Counted from the stretch's first letter, positions 1 through 13,927 are shown. The stretch is DNA of 64,000 nucleotides from Callorhinchus milii (GCF_018977255.1 NW_024704743.1:111230001-111294000); one strand, 5' to 3'. A program made the numbers and translations. The notes: a model not told the origin generated them from the sequence alone.

Positions 1-1339
1 ATCCTTGCTGACGATATATCACCCTTCATGTTGGAAGGATGTCTCAAAGCATTTCACGAGATTTACTATGAAGTACAGTGCCTGTGTATTTTGTAGGTGA
101 AAGTTGCAGTGAATTTGCATACAGCATAAACAGCACACAAACAGTCATGAAATGAATGAGCAATTTTCCCTGGGGAATTGTTGGCCTAGACCCCGAGAGA
201 AACTCTCTTCTCTTTTTGAATACTGGCATGGAAATGTTGTGGTTCACCTACAAAGGCGACCGTGATCTCGGGTTTCTCATCTTCCATCGGGATATTTCTA
301 GTCTGACATCAACAACTGCAAATCATTTCATTATGCATAACACACGGTTAAATGAAACACGTTTGCCAAAACGTTGTTGTACGCTGTGTGAAAGCCCACC
401 AATGCATCCATTTAATAATCTGTAATATTTATATTAGAAGGGAATCAACACTGAAACATGTAAATGTAAAAAACGGAAACCCGATGTAGGAGCTCTTAAT
501 AATAATACTAATCCTTGCATTTGATATAGCACCTAATCACATCATTGAGACGTCTCAAAACGCTTCATAGGATATACTGTAAAGTGCAGTGACTGTGCAT
601 TTTGTGGGCGAAACATGGCACAGTAGTCTTCCACAAACAGCCGTGGAGTGAGCGACCAATTTTATTTATCATGTTATTCAATATGCCGGAGCTGCAAACG
701 ATAACTTGTTTCACAGAACATTATGGCGACTGGTATTGAACAGCCAGTTGTCCTGTGACTTGGATGTGAGATAGAAGTAATGAAGAAATGACAAACACAA
801 GTGTAATGACTCTACAATCGTTGGCGGGCATGGCAGCCAATTTGTGCATGGCAATGTCTCTCACAAAGAGCGATGAGGTGATTGCCCAATTTTATCTGGG
901 GGAAAAATGATCTTGTCAGACAATAATTTTTGATAAGGGACATGTTTTTTTCTACCCTGGGCAAAGCTTTGAGTAAGATGCGTTGCCTGGAGGGAAGCAA
1001 CTTTGGCAGTGGAGAAAGTTCTTACAAGGCAATTAAGAGAATTCCAATGGGAAACCTGTTTCTGCTTAGCATTCCAATTACTTCCTCAGTTACTATGGTT
1101 GAATTTATAATACAAAGCTTCCTCGAATATTTCCTCAATAATACTGTGGCAGTGTGTGTGTGTGTGTGTGTGTACAGGTCCAGAGGGGTAGAGTAACCTC
1201 TCATGCTGTGTGGGAGCTTTCTCTCCAGTATCAGTAACAGTGAGGTCAGAGGAAGAACAATTATTTCAGGACGTGACATTCACATGTTAACAACCATGGC
1301 AAAAAGCTACAGCTAATGGGGTTGGCTGAGGGGTTGAGT

Positions 1340-1740
1340 TCCGCTCTGTTTGCTAAATGGAGCAAGGAGCACGGAGAAAATCCCACTCAGCTCTGTAAAC
1401 TCTGTAAGCCAAAGCCCTAACAGATAGGATTGTCCCAGCTGGACAAGCAGAGGGAAAGCTTGCCAGACCATAATATTAATGAATCCAGTAGTATTCCACA
1501 CATTCTGGGGTCCCCAAGCCTTGGCCCTTGCCAACTTTGCTTAATACTTTCAGGAATTAGATGAGCAGGATGGATGCATCCCTCTGGGAAACAGTGTGCA
1601 TTCCATTCCAACTTACAGGGATGTCCATGTGTTGGCGGGATGCATGGAATGCTCAGTCTGGTTTGGATACTCCTAAGCACAGTTATGGGTTTCTGGTTTC
1701 TACATGTGTCAGGCTGACCGAACAAAAGTTCAGACTCGAT
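1340..1740 (+). repeat. Unclassified old interspersed repeat (4 copies in window)
   Basis: Shared blocks cactcagctc..aac, ccttgg.cttg.caa and gtttggatgctc.taagca.g..atgggtttc. Also at ~31190-31620 (+), ~37860-38140 (+) and ~11380-11530 (-). Confidence 0.6.
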
Positions 1741-4700
1741 GGGCTGAACAGCCTCTTCCTGTGCAGTAACTTTCTGTGATATGAATCCTCTATGATTCCC
1801 AAACACTGTTGTTTTTAGGCTAATATTCATACACATGAAAGTTGTGAACTTTACTCTCTTCAGCTCTCCCCCCCCCCCGCCAGTGAAGGGGTTGGCAGGC
1901 TCCAAGCTGCCACAAGTGATTTGGGGACCAACTATTTCCATAAACTTGGGGGGAGTGGTGCGAGAGTGAGGTAGTACAAGTGATATTCACCTGTGACCAG
2001 TTATCAACTTGGATTTTGCCAGGAGTGGATTGTCAGGTAATGTGATAATTATCACCGGCGATAATTGAAGCATTCACTAGTGGTATTGATAACATTTTCA
2101 CCCCATTAAATTCCAAATATGAAATATAATTACTGCCCAGTCGTCAAGAAGAGTGTAGCGAAAATTCAGCTAAACTAAGAAAACAGAACAATATAGCCCC
2201 CGGGCGGCTTTAAAATAGTGGGTGAGACACAGACAGGGTAGAAGTAGCAAGCTTCAGTATTTGTCTTGGAACAGTAATGTTGGCTTCAGTGAGTACTTTT
2301 ATAGGAGTTTCAGAAACTGAAAAATTGTTTTTAATTTATTTTAACTGGCTATTGCTTTGCTGGGTCTCCTAGACTACACCTCTGCTCGTCTCCTTCGCTC
2401 AACTAATTAGAGCTTGTTGTGTATCATCCGCCCCCTCTAGGCCACCCTCGGAGTCTGAGCCTTGAACAACAACAGCAACTTCCATTTATATAGCGCCCTT
2501 CACACAGGAGAGAGCCTTGGAGCTCTTATCATTGGTGGTCGAGCCTTTATTTCTACACCCAAACCTTTGGTAATCCCTCCTTCTACCCCTTTGTCTCCTG
2601 ATCCCAACCACCAGCTTGGATGCGATCCCTTACTGTCCAGCGCCTTGGCAAGTGCTCCTGACTTGAAAGATGATATACAAATATAATTTGTTGTTTTTTT
2701 GTCCCCTGCCCACTCTATCTCTCCTTTAAATTCCTTCCTGCAAAGAGGCAAGCCTGGTTTTCACTGCCTGATCCTCACCACATGGGCTGTCTGGGATTGA
2801 GTCACTGACATCTCTCAGTTTTGAATATGTGACGTAGTGGTAGGGTTGAACTCCAAAATCAGATTAGTTATTTTACTGTCATTAAAGAGCTTGTTGAATA
2901 TCTAAGGATTTGTGTGTCAGCCTGGCTTACTTTCAATACTACGTCAGAATATTGTGAATTGCTCCAGGGCAGTGCATTGTCACAGATGCCATCTGTAGGA
3001 TGAGACATTGAACCGAGGTTCCAGACAGGGGTAGAAGTAGCAAGCGTCAGTATTTGTCTTGGAATAGTAATAGTAATCTGCCTGTTCAGGTGGATGTTAA
3101 AGATCCTCAAAAAGAGAAGGAAATTTGTCTCAGTGGTCAACAGTCCCCCAAAATTAGTCATTCATTTCATAGCTGTATTGTGCGCAAACTAGCTACCCCA
3201 TTTGCAAACAAGTTAACAGTGAAAACGTACCTTAAAAGTAAAGTACTTTGAGCTGTCCCAATGACGTGATAAGGTGATGTATCAAATGCAAGGATTATTG
3301 GACTATTATTATAACATCCTGGATCAGAGGTGACAAATCTACCAACTGAGTCAAGCTGACAGCCTTAATTCTGCAGCTGTGTGAAGGGGAACTGTTGTGT
3401 GTATTGTCTCCAGGAAGGTGCCTCAGCAGAGCTCTAGAGTGACCTGCTGACACAATGCACTAACTGGTCCTAATTGTACTATGATTTGCATTGTGAATTG
3501 ATGATAAAAATCAAGCGTGAAAATGCACCACGAAAATATGCTATGAAGATACATCTTCACCAATCAGACCTATCATAATTCGTGAGATTTATCCACATAG
3601 CCTAAGATTTGTAATTTAGTCCTGATTCAATTTTCTCTCCTCCTCTCTTGCATAATTGCTGCTCTGTGTGTTCATTGTCATTTGCATACCATTTCTATTT
3701 TCACATTTATTACCTTCCTTTCCACATTATTGCTAATATGTCTCTGTCAGGAGACCATTTTATTTCTAACGCCTGTGATTTACAGCTTTAGCTCTCTCCA
3801 ACATCCTGTCATCCTTTGTCACTCTTTTACATCAAGGCTTTAAACATTGAAGTTTCCAGCTGCCTCCTCTGGATCTAAATGGAGCACTGACCCTGTCAAT
3901 CAAATTGACCACTTTTTCTCTGTGTCCTATTGATTAGTATCCTTATGAGATGTTGTTGGTGACTTAGTTTCTATTGCAGTTTCATCACACAGTTTCATCA
4001 CATCATCTGCAGATAATCTTCCCCTGCTCTACAATACTGTTGGTGCTCAGGCCTTCAGCTCTAAAACTGTACTTTGGCCTTGAAAGAGCTGGGTTTTTGT
4101 AAATCCCTTGAATGTGTTAAAAACCTAAGATTGCAAATTCCAATCAATCAATGCTTATATTCTCCACATTATTAGGCAATCTGTGAATTTCATTTGCTGA
4201 AACGAATCCAACGTACTGCATGTGAGGAGCAAACAACTTGCTGGCAAACAGATAGAGAGAGGGAGAGAGAGAAATGTTTAACATAATACATTACACGCAG
4301 CAGTTTTGTATTAAAGCAACAGTAAAAAAAAATTGTTTACATGAAGCCAGATGAATAAATAAAAAATAAGTTTTAAAACATGTCCGCATTCGCTGTCTAA
4401 CCAAAGACTAAGATTATCACGTCCACACTCCGTGAGTGTTGTTAGCCATTCACGATGGAGACGAGGAGATATTAATTGTATGCGGGTCTGAGATTAACAT
4501 TCACGGAGCCGGTTTCTTATGTGCAGCGATGAGTAATGTAGCAGGCTCTACTCAGGTGTTGTGGTTAACGCAGACCAGGAATGAAGGCCCTTGTGGCCAG
4601 CGACATTAAATATGTTTGAGGCACATTTTTTTCTGTTCTTAGGAATTGACGCCTGAGGCTCTGTGGAGATTTCAGAGGAGCACACCTCGGTGTAGTGAAA

Positions 4701-6501
4701 TGAAACAGCCTTCCAGAATATTATCAAACCATATTCTTTATGGTTTCTCCTGGGAGCAGTGAGAAAAACATATGCAGCAAATGAAATTGCAAATATTGAA
4801 CCCTTATCATTGATTAGGAGAAAGCGCATCTCATCTCCTTGGAATGATATTTTGGCAAAATTCCAAACATGTCCTCTCAAGTGACCTTAAATAATACTGC
4901 TGTGAATATTTTGCTTTTAGAAATATTGTACTAATAACAGTTTTAAGACCAATTTATTGACCCGAAATTAATTTAAAAGACTTATAGATAGATTCTTTGT
5001 GGGGAAGGAACACTCTGAACCAGTGCATTAAATGTAATGTAATCCTCTATCCGACAAGACATTCTTGATTGTTACAATGGCTAAAGCAGTGAAATTCTCC
5101 GCCACAAAATTAGATCAAGAAAGAAAAATAGAATAGAAAACAAAGAAAAGTATACCCTCATTTTTCTAACCATCCTCTCCTCTGCATGAAAAAAAGAAAA
5201 TGATTAAACAATTTAGTAACTGAGAAAAATTATCTTCACCAAAATCATAATGATTCCAGCAAAATTGATATTAACAGAGTTTGTTAATAATAATCCTTGC
5301 ATTTGATATAACGCCCTGTCATGTTGTCGAGACATCTCAAAGCACTTCACAGGATTTTACTGTGAACTGTGGTGATTGTGTATTTATAGGCGAACACAAA
5401 AGCCAATTTGCGCACAGCAAAGTTGGTTTAACATCTCACCCAAAGGATGTCACCTCAGATAATGTAGTGCTCCCCCAAATTCCAATCCTACACTGCAGTA
5501 ATAGCCTAGACAGTTAGTTCCTGAATATTCACTAGGCTTTTCCATATGTGACGTTTTTCATCACCAGAAATCATGAACTATTGCCACCAACGCACATCTG
5601 GGTATTGTCTATTTTATCTTCTTTGTGCTTGAGAATTCCTTACAAGGATTATTTGCCTAAGTATACCTGTTGTTGCTAATTAGAATACATCTGTTAATAC
5701 TAGGGCATGGGCAGGAGATTGATGGCACATTAATCATTCAGGATGAAATGCACAAGGTCAAAAAAGATGGTCCATTTGTGAATATTACTGTTTTCATAAT
5801 TGCAAAGAAATTGAACAAATTGTCAATAACCTGTTTTCTGTAGATCACATTGGAAATGTGAAGCAAAAATGTTGTTACATTTATCATTCCATGTCCAATG
5901 TCAGATGTCTAACAACTAGAATCAATGCACCCTAGTACAATATTTACTATTGCACTGAACAGTTTCATCCTCACAAACAGAAGTAACCGCAAGATGTGAA
6001 CATACAATACATAAGGTAACCACACTTTAAATCCTGATGTCCACTCCACCTGAAAGGTGTTATATCAAATGTGAGCATAATTATTGTTATATTATACATT
6101 AATAAACTTAGGAATATCAATATCCAGCAAGGGTGATTGTCCAGTTTTCTTATATGTGCATCTTGTTGCCAAGTAGTAATAAAAGATATGCAGTCACATA
6201 TATATAAGGGTCAAGGAATGTTTTAACCCAAACGATTATTTGAGGTATCAACAAGCAAACCTGAAGCTTTGCTGAGTATTCCCTATTGTTTTTTGTTGTT
6301 TGGAATTTTAGTTTAAAATATTGAACTGAAAAGTACGATAGAGGTAGATAAATATTTGTTAGATCAGGATATTAAGGGATATGGGGCAAGGGTGGGTAAC
6401 TGGACTTGAGATATAGATCAGCCACAATCTTATAAAATGGTTGAACAGGCTCGAGGGGCTGAATAGCCTACTAATGTTTCTATGTCTATGTATCTATGAT
6501 A

Positions 6502-6645
6502 CAGTAAACCCCCAGTTTAATGAACTCCAGCTTATTCTTTATCTTCCGATTATAGGTACCGGTATTGTAATTATACATAGCCATAAATTTCAGTTCACCA
6601 GACCAGATCTCGCCTCCATTAGTCCGGCTAGCCGGGGTTTTAGCG
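6502..6645. mobile_element. Putative Tc1/mariner (pogo/Tigger-like) MITE
   Basis: TA|CAGTAAACCCC ... GGGGTTTTAGCG|TA: imperfect terminal inverted repeats with TA flanks. Confidence 0.45.
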
Positions 6646-6917
6646 TATTTCAAAGCAGATTCATTACCACACTGAATCGGGTATAGATTATCCCATATCT
6701 CACCTCTCTATTCCAATTTAGGTTTACATTGTTGGAAAATAATAAATAATTAACCCTTGCATTAGATATAACACTTTTCACATTGGTACAATGTCTCCAA
6801 GCGCTTCACAGACTTTTACTGGGAAATGTGGTGACTGTGTATTTGTAGGCAAAACCTACAGCTGATTTGCACACAGCAATTTCCCACAAACAGCCGTAAA
6901 GTAAATGTTCATTTTAA

Positions 6918-7135
6918 TTTCACACAGAGGTTAGTGAGATTGTGGAACTCACTGCCCAAACTGGTGGTTGAATCAGATAGCACAGATGGATTTCAGAGTA
7001 AGATAGACTTTCACATGAAGGAAGGGGGAATAGAAGGGTATGGGAAGGAGTCAGAAGTGAACGTAGACTTGTGTAAGTATAAAGACTGGTACAGACCAAT
7101 TGGCCCGTTTCTGCGCTGTACCTTCTTTGTAAATC
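6918..7135 (+). mobile_element. CR1 3' fragment
   Basis: FTQR..RLWNSLP..VVE...F...ID...GIEGYG resembles the CR1 C-terminus at 27100-27250. Another CR1 3' end lies at ~6340-6480. Confidence 0.7.
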
Positions 7136-7749
7136 TTTATAATCGTTGTGAATTGTTGGCTGGGACACCAGGAGAAACTCCGTTATCTTTTCAAATAGTG
7201 CCATGGAATTTTTAACATCCACCTGAACAGGCAGAGGAGAACCTCAGTGAAACATCGCGTCTGATGAACGGAACCCAGCACTGAAATTGTCATGTCAGCA
7301 ACAGTGTCAGTCAATTCAAAGTCCCTGACGTGGGGACAGTCTGGCAGGATAACATAATCAACTGCAAAGCCTCCTTATACACCCAGGGTTGTGGGCCTTG
7401 ATAACTTACAGACAAACTGCTGACAGTACTGGACTGGGAAATCTGTTGTTCTGTAAAACGCCAGGTGTTTTGTAGGCTTGTCCTCTGCTGAGAGCAGCCT
7501 CCAGGCCCCAAAGTGTAAATGTGTGCACTGGAATGCAGCCAGTAAGAAAATGCATTGATTAATGACTGTTTCATAGAGTATTTAAGGTATGAAAAGAACT
7601 ATGTAGTGTGGTCTTTTGTTTTAGATAGACATTAAGACTCAGAAACCCACACTTAAGGGAACTGGCCTAACAAGCTTTAGTCTGAGGTCATACTTTGGTG
7701 GGGGAGGGAGGAGAAATATCCTGAGTATATTAAAAGAGGCAGCACATAA

Positions 7750-8025
7750 TAATAATAAATAATAATCCTTGCATTTTGATATAGCACTTTTCATATCTTC
7801 TAGACGTCTCAAAGTGCTTCACAGAATGTACTGTAAAGTGAATTGACTGTATATTTGTGGGCGAAACGTGGCAGCCAATTGCGCACAGCAGTGTCCCACA
7901 AACGGTCGTGGATTGAATTGACCAATTTTAGTATTGTTTGTTTTCTTGCAGGATTATTATCAGGTTTCGCCCTGCCCGGAATCTCTTGCGAGGCGAGTCC
8001 TCTAACCACTGAGCTACAGGACTCC
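7750..8025 (-). mobile_element. SINE copy with internal deletions
   Basis: Same head, core and tail motifs. Confidence 0.85.
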
Positions 8026-9289
8026 ACATTGTTGACATACTCCTGTGGTTTGTCTGTGCCTTGGAGATTACTTACTGATACATCACTTGTGCTAACTCCT
8101 TGTTGAATCTCAGCCAAGAATGCTCCAGTTGTCTTACTCCCTGAAGCGTCCCTTTAAACTTGAAGCAAATGCGCTCCACTGCAACACTGACAGTCAATGA
8201 GCCTCACCACTCCTACCCGTATGGACAGAGAGGGAGAGGGAGCGGCTCCTCTCACTGTTATAACATTACTCTGTTTGACCCTGCCAATGGCAGTGCTGGC
8301 AGCAAGTGTATTTCCCTCACTAGACTTACTTGTCAGCCTGGCTCAGTGGGTAGCACCTTTGTATCAGAGTCAGAAGGTTGTGGGTTCAAACTCCAAGACA
8401 CAGTCTGGGCTGACACTCTAATGTAGTGCTGAGGGAATACTACATTGTCTGAGGTGAGTCATTCAGATGAGATGTTAAACCCAGCTCCAATTATCAATTG
8501 TTGGAAAGTTCACCCCTGTTGATGTCTGAGTTATTATCTGGTAATGGGTGACACCCCCCTTCCTCCCCCCACTCCTAGGTGAGACTTCATCAAATTAAAA
8601 TTACCTTTGACCAAGCCAGGCCACACCTATTCAGAAGATAACTGCTGGAACAGGGAAGAATAAGATGCCACATGTTGAAATCTGAACTCAGAACTATGGG
8701 ACCTATCTATGTGAGTACATTTTCTCTTAATATTCTGGCACCCTCCTCCGCCCAGCTCTATGACTCACCGGTTGCTAGTTTTACACGCATCCAGGGAATT
8801 CTAAAGTTCAGGCCCTATCAGTTGTAAGGCACTTCCCCAACTAATGAATTAGTGTGTGTTAGCCTTTGTGCATTAGTCTGGCTCAGTTGGTAGCATTCTC
8901 TCCTCTGAGTCAAAAGGTTGTGTGTTCAAGTCCCACGTCAGGAGTTTGATCTCATAGTTTAAGCTGAGACTCCAATACTGGGGAGAGCACTACATTGTTG
9001 GAGGTGCTGTTCTTCAAATGAGATGTTAAACTAAGGTCCCATCTGCCTGTTCAAGTGGATATTAAAATATCCCATAGCACTCATTTGAAGGGCACCTCCG
9101 ACAGTGCAGCGATCCCCTGGCACTGTATTGGAATGTCAGCCTAGACTGTGAACTCAAAGTCAAATAATGTTGGACTTGAACCCACAGCCTTTTGACTTAG
9201 AGGTGAGGTATGAAAGCATATGCCTACAAAGTACACACTCACAACATGTTGCAATACAGTGGAATCCTGTTAAGGCGGACACATCGAGG

Positions 9290-9932
9290 AAACTCTGGTC
9301 CATGCCTTTATCACCTCAAGGCTGGACTATGGGAACTCTCTCCTCGCCGGCCGTCCTGGCACCTCCCTCCACAAGCTGCAGGTCATTCAGAACTCTGCAG
9401 CTCGTGTACTGTCCCGCACCAGGCTTCAGGACCACATCACTCCCACCCTCGCTCGCCTCCACTGGCTCCCATCCCCCAGAGGATCGAATTCAAGATCCTC
9501 ATCCTCACCTAAAAGGCCATTCACGGCCTTGCTCCCTCCTACCTCTCCAACCTACTATCCCCCTATCTACCTGCCCGTACCCTCCGTTCCTCTGGCTCCG
9601 GTCTGCTCCACATCCCCCGCCCCAACCGCCCTACCATCGGTGGCCGGGCCTTCAGCCTCTCAGCCCCTAGGCTCTGGAACTCTATCCCCCAGTGCCTTCG
9701 CCTTGCTTTCTCCCTTTCCTCCTTCAAGGCGGGTCTCAAGACCTTTCTCTTTGACCGTGCCTTCAGCTCCCCTCTCGACTCTCTACCCCTCCTCGCTCCC
9801 TCCCTTCCTTCCCCTCACCCTGACCATTTCCCCCCCTGCTCGGGTCCTGACCCAACTGTACAGTGCCTTGGGAGGTCCTCCCAACGTGAAAGGCGCTCTA
9901 TAAATGGAATCTTGTTGTTGTTGTTGTTGTTG
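9290..9932 (+). mobile_element. L2 LINE 3' fragment
   Basis: Closely matches the reverse complement of 28560-29215. (TTG)n tail. Confidence 0.9.
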
Positions 9933-10274
9933 AGGACAGACATTTTGACCGGCATCAGTGGTGGCCCTTCAAATCCTGTGAAAACTTTTAATGTCCCGAC
10001 TGCATGATAAGGTACAGTATCAAATGGAAGGTTTACTGAGTATCTGACCACCTCACCATGGTGTGAAATCTTAACGAAAGCTGCCGACCCAGCTACTCTC
10101 TTCACACAGCGAGAACCGAAATGCTTCATGTTCTCCCATCTTGTCTGCCCCACCAGTGAGTGGGCTTTCAGCTGTTCTGCTCCCCGTTCTCCGAACTCAG
10201 TCCCAGAGTCGCTCTCTTTCTCCCCTCTTTCACACTATATCTCAAATTGCATTTCATATAGCACCTTATCAAGT

Positions 10275-10427
10275 CCCCCTCCTCTCTCCCTCCCTCCCCT
10301 CCCCTCACCCTGACCATTTCCCCCCTGCTCGGGTCATGACCCAACTGTGCAGCGCCTTGGGACGTCCTCCTGACGTGAAAGGCGCTCTATAAATGGAATC
10401 TTGTTGTTGTTGTTGTTGTTGTTGTTG
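10275..10427 (+). mobile_element. L2 LINE short 3' end inserted in a SINE
   Basis: Same 3' end as 9800-9932, with a long (TTG)n tail. Confidence 0.85.
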
Positions 10428-11865
10428 AGACGTCTCTTCACAGAACATACTGTTAAATGAATTGACTATGTATTTTGCAGGCAAAACTCTTTCCCCTCCC
10501 CATCCCCACTTGGCTCCCAACCCATCCCGTCCTGCACTGTGAATGCGCTTTGGGAAGCCATCCCACTATGAAAGGCTCTGTGTGACTGTGAATCGTAATT
10601 ATCTAACTGCAGAATGAACATCTGATGCCCTCCGGTGGAGCGCACCTGTAACTGCACAAAGACATGTTAATCCAATCTGTAAACCCACTCCTCCTTCAGA
10701 CCAACAGCAGCAGCAGCCAAGTCCTCCTTGTGTTACAGATCACAAACCCACCTCCCCGCACTGCTACACACACCCCTGCACTGCCACAGACCATTTCATC
10801 AGACCTCCATGCCACCCTCAGACTTCTTTAGACACATTGGCACCTTCTTATCCTGCCTCATAAGCTCCTGATGATAATAATAATAATCCTTACATCCGGT
10901 ATTGTGGCTTCTCACGTCGGGAGGCCATCTCAAAGCCCGTCACTGGATGTCTTGTAAAATGGATTTACTGTATTCTGTGAGCGAACATAGCTACCAATTT
11001 GCACACAGCAATGTCCCACAAACAGCCATGGAGTGAATGATCAATTTTATTGAGCGTGCCGCCAAGGCTCACACATAAAGAAGAACCATCTAGTTGGATG
11101 ACGTACCGCAAGGTGCACAAGAAGCTCAGAACAAGTCAGCATTTTCTGGGGAGGTGCGAGTTAAATTTAGATAAATTCCTCCCCCATGGTTCTCAGTGTT
11201 GATCCACTCTTACCTTTACAGTCTTCTTGGTGAACTTGCTTAAGGCCTGTCCCTGTGATTTCAAGATGCAGACATGAGATCTTCAGTGACTCCTTCCACT
11301 CTATGAGGTTGACTGAATTCAGGTGTCAATATTTGGTGAGATCGGGTGTTTATCACTTGATTTTATGGGGTCAGCCGGGTCAGCTGGCACACACACAAAC
11401 CCAGGCCCATGCTTCTGAGTATTCAACCTAAACTGAGACTTTCTCAGGGCTTTGGCTTCTAGGGTTAGCAGGAGCTGAGTGGGAGGAGCCCCTGCCCCCA
11501 GCCAGGTTGACTGAGCTGTCATCAGCAGTGCTCTGGACTACTGCAGACCCATCTGGCTCAGGAACCGGACTAGAGACAGTTACAGTGTTGACTTGAATCT
11601 GACATTTTGGTACTAAACATGTCACCTTGGAGTCATCTCAATAATAATTTGGTCACTCAACCCACGATTGTTTGTGGGGTACTGCTATACACAATTGGCT
11701 GCCACATTTTGCCCAAAAAACATACAGTCGATTCACTTTACAGTATATTGTGTGAAGTACTTTGATGCCTGATAAAGTGCAATATTAAAATGCAAGGGTT
11801 ATTATTATTATTATTTATTATTACATTGCTGGACTTTATAGTATCTCTAGAACTGTCCATGGTTG

Positions 11866-12035
11866 TTACTTTTTATTAAGTGATTCAAGGATGCGGAGGA
11901 TATGCAGGATGAGATTGATGATATCCAAGTACAAGTTAATTGAAGCCAGAATGTACTTTTCAGGTGATAGTTTGTGCATTGGCTCGTGTTTGTTGTAGAG
12001 AGGATAAAGCCACAGAAAAGAGTTCCAAAAGGCAA
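11866..12035 (-). pseudogene. TMBIM4: TMBIM4 (GAAP/lifeguard 4) C-terminal pseudogene fragment
   Basis: GTLFCGFIL, then a 2-nt frameshift, then [43 protein letters not shown]. Recalled human TMBIM4 is [51 protein letters not shown]. No other exons seen nearby. Confidence 0.85.
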
Positions 12036-12040
12036 AATAA

Positions 12041-12138
12041 TGAAAGGACATCGACCTGAAACATTAACTCACTTTCCTCACCCCACAGATGCTGCCTGAC
12101 CAGCTGAATGTTCCCAGCGACTTCTGTTTTTATTTCAA
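12041..12138 (+). mobile_element. Penelope-like 3' terminus fragment abutting the TMBIM4 fragment
   Basis: gacctgaaacattaactcactttcc..agatgctgcctgaccagctgaatgttcccagcgacttctg matches 30443-30530. Confidence 0.7.
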
Positions 12139-12573
12139 AGAGGAGCTCCTGCAGATGAAGACACTTGTTCAATTGTCACACTGAGGAAGAATAGCCGCAG
12201 TTAATAGAGCTGAAGGTGTTATTGTCAAAAGCAATATTCAGCTCAATTTGTTTTCAAACAGTAAAAAAAATCAGTTATAATTACAAGTTAAAACAGGGGA
12301 ATCTGTTGATACTCTACATTTTATCATCAAGATATTTAGGAATTGTTACTGTTTTACAGGTAACAGTTTGTAAATAGTATCAGTATAATAAGCCACTCTG
12401 TCTGTGTCTCTGACTGCCACGAACTCAATAACTAATTGACATAGAGACATACCTCATCGGAAAGGTCTTGTAGCGAGTGTCAGGGGCATATTTTTTTCAG
12501 GGATCTCCTATCGTTGATGAGCTATATTTAAAAAATGCTTTCATTACGCCCCAAAATATGAGGCATGCGTGGT

Positions 12574-12884
12574 ATTCTGCAACAAAGTAGTGACAGAGAA
12601 AATCAACACCCTTCTAGAGAGATACATCTATACTAATATATTCCTCAAGAAAGTAGCGACAGAGAAAATCAACACCCTTCTAGAGAGATACATCAATACT
12701 AATATCTTCTGCAACAAAGTAGTGACAGAGAAAATCACACACTCTTCTAGGAGATACATCTTCTATACTAATATATTCTGCAACAAAGTAATGACAGAGG
12801 AAATCACACACTGCTAGAGAGATATGTCTATACTAATATATTCTGCAACAAAGTCGTGACAGAAAATCACACACCCTTTTAGAG
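12574..12884. repeat. 66-bp minisatellite, ~4.7 copies
   Basis: Unit attctgcaacaaagtagtgacagagaaaatcaacacccttctagagagatacatctatactaatat. Confidence 0.9.
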
Positions 12885-13376
12885 TGTCATGGGCATTTTT
12901 TTTTGGGGGGGAGATCTCCTATCAATACATAAAGTATAATAATATAAAGTATAATAATACTGGAATCCACATTCCATATTGGATCCTTTGGTTGAAAGCC
13001 TAGCTACAACAGGTTTTATATGATGTAAACATGTGCACCAAGCTAAACAGTAAATTTGCACTTTCATACATTGAGAGGAATTGCTTCACTGACAACCCCA
13101 GATTAAATACAACATTAGATTACCTCAGATTGCCAGTAGTACCTCAGCTTGTGGGTAGTTTGGGTTCTGAATTAAGCACGTTTCACACAGAATATATACA
13201 GTCAATGTACTTTATAGTATAATTTGTGAAGCGCTTTTAGACATTTCGAAGATGTGATAATGCGCTATATCAACTGCAAGGATTATTATGATTATTATGA
13301 ACGTAAAGCTCTGGAAAAGAAGTTGGTGGGAAGAAATGTCATATGGTACTTTATCACAACAAAAGAAAATTATAAT

Positions 13377-13697
13377 AATAAATACTAATAATCTTTGCAT
13401 TTGATAAAGATATACCATTTTTCACGTCTTCTAGACGTCTTAAAGCACTCACAGAATATACTGTAAAGTGAATTGACTGTATATTTGTGGGTGAAACATG
13501 GCAGTCAATTGCACACAGCAGTGTCCCACAAACAGACATGGATTGAAGTCACCAATCTTATTATTCTTTTTCTTGAGGGATTATTATCAGGAGTGTGGAG
13601 TAAGGAAATCTTGCCCAAGATTTTGCCTTGCCAGGAATCAAACCCAGGTCTCTCACTTGCGAGGCGAGTGCTTTAACCACTGAGCTACGGGACTCCT
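13377..13697 (-). mobile_element. SINE, full-length copy
   Basis: tRNA head, core and (ATA)n tail of the same family. Confidence 0.85.
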
Positions 13698-13927
13698 AAA
13701 TTGGGTGGAGATTTCAGAATCAAATACCCTGTTATATAATGTCAAGATATTAACCACTACACTTCTGAACATCAAAAGGTATCGATCAATGTTAACACTG
13801 CTTTCTGTGCAGCATATCAATGATTCACTTATCATGTTGTTTTTGTGGGCCACAAGAGTTCTGTCCTAACTGAACAGATTCATTCAAAAAAACTCTTAAG
13901 ATTTAAAACAAATATATTTTGTTATCA

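Noticed and set aside
12569..12817. 82-aa protein with 22-aa repeats
   Set aside because: By-product of the 66-bp minisatellite. The frame decays in later units and there is no splice or promoter support.
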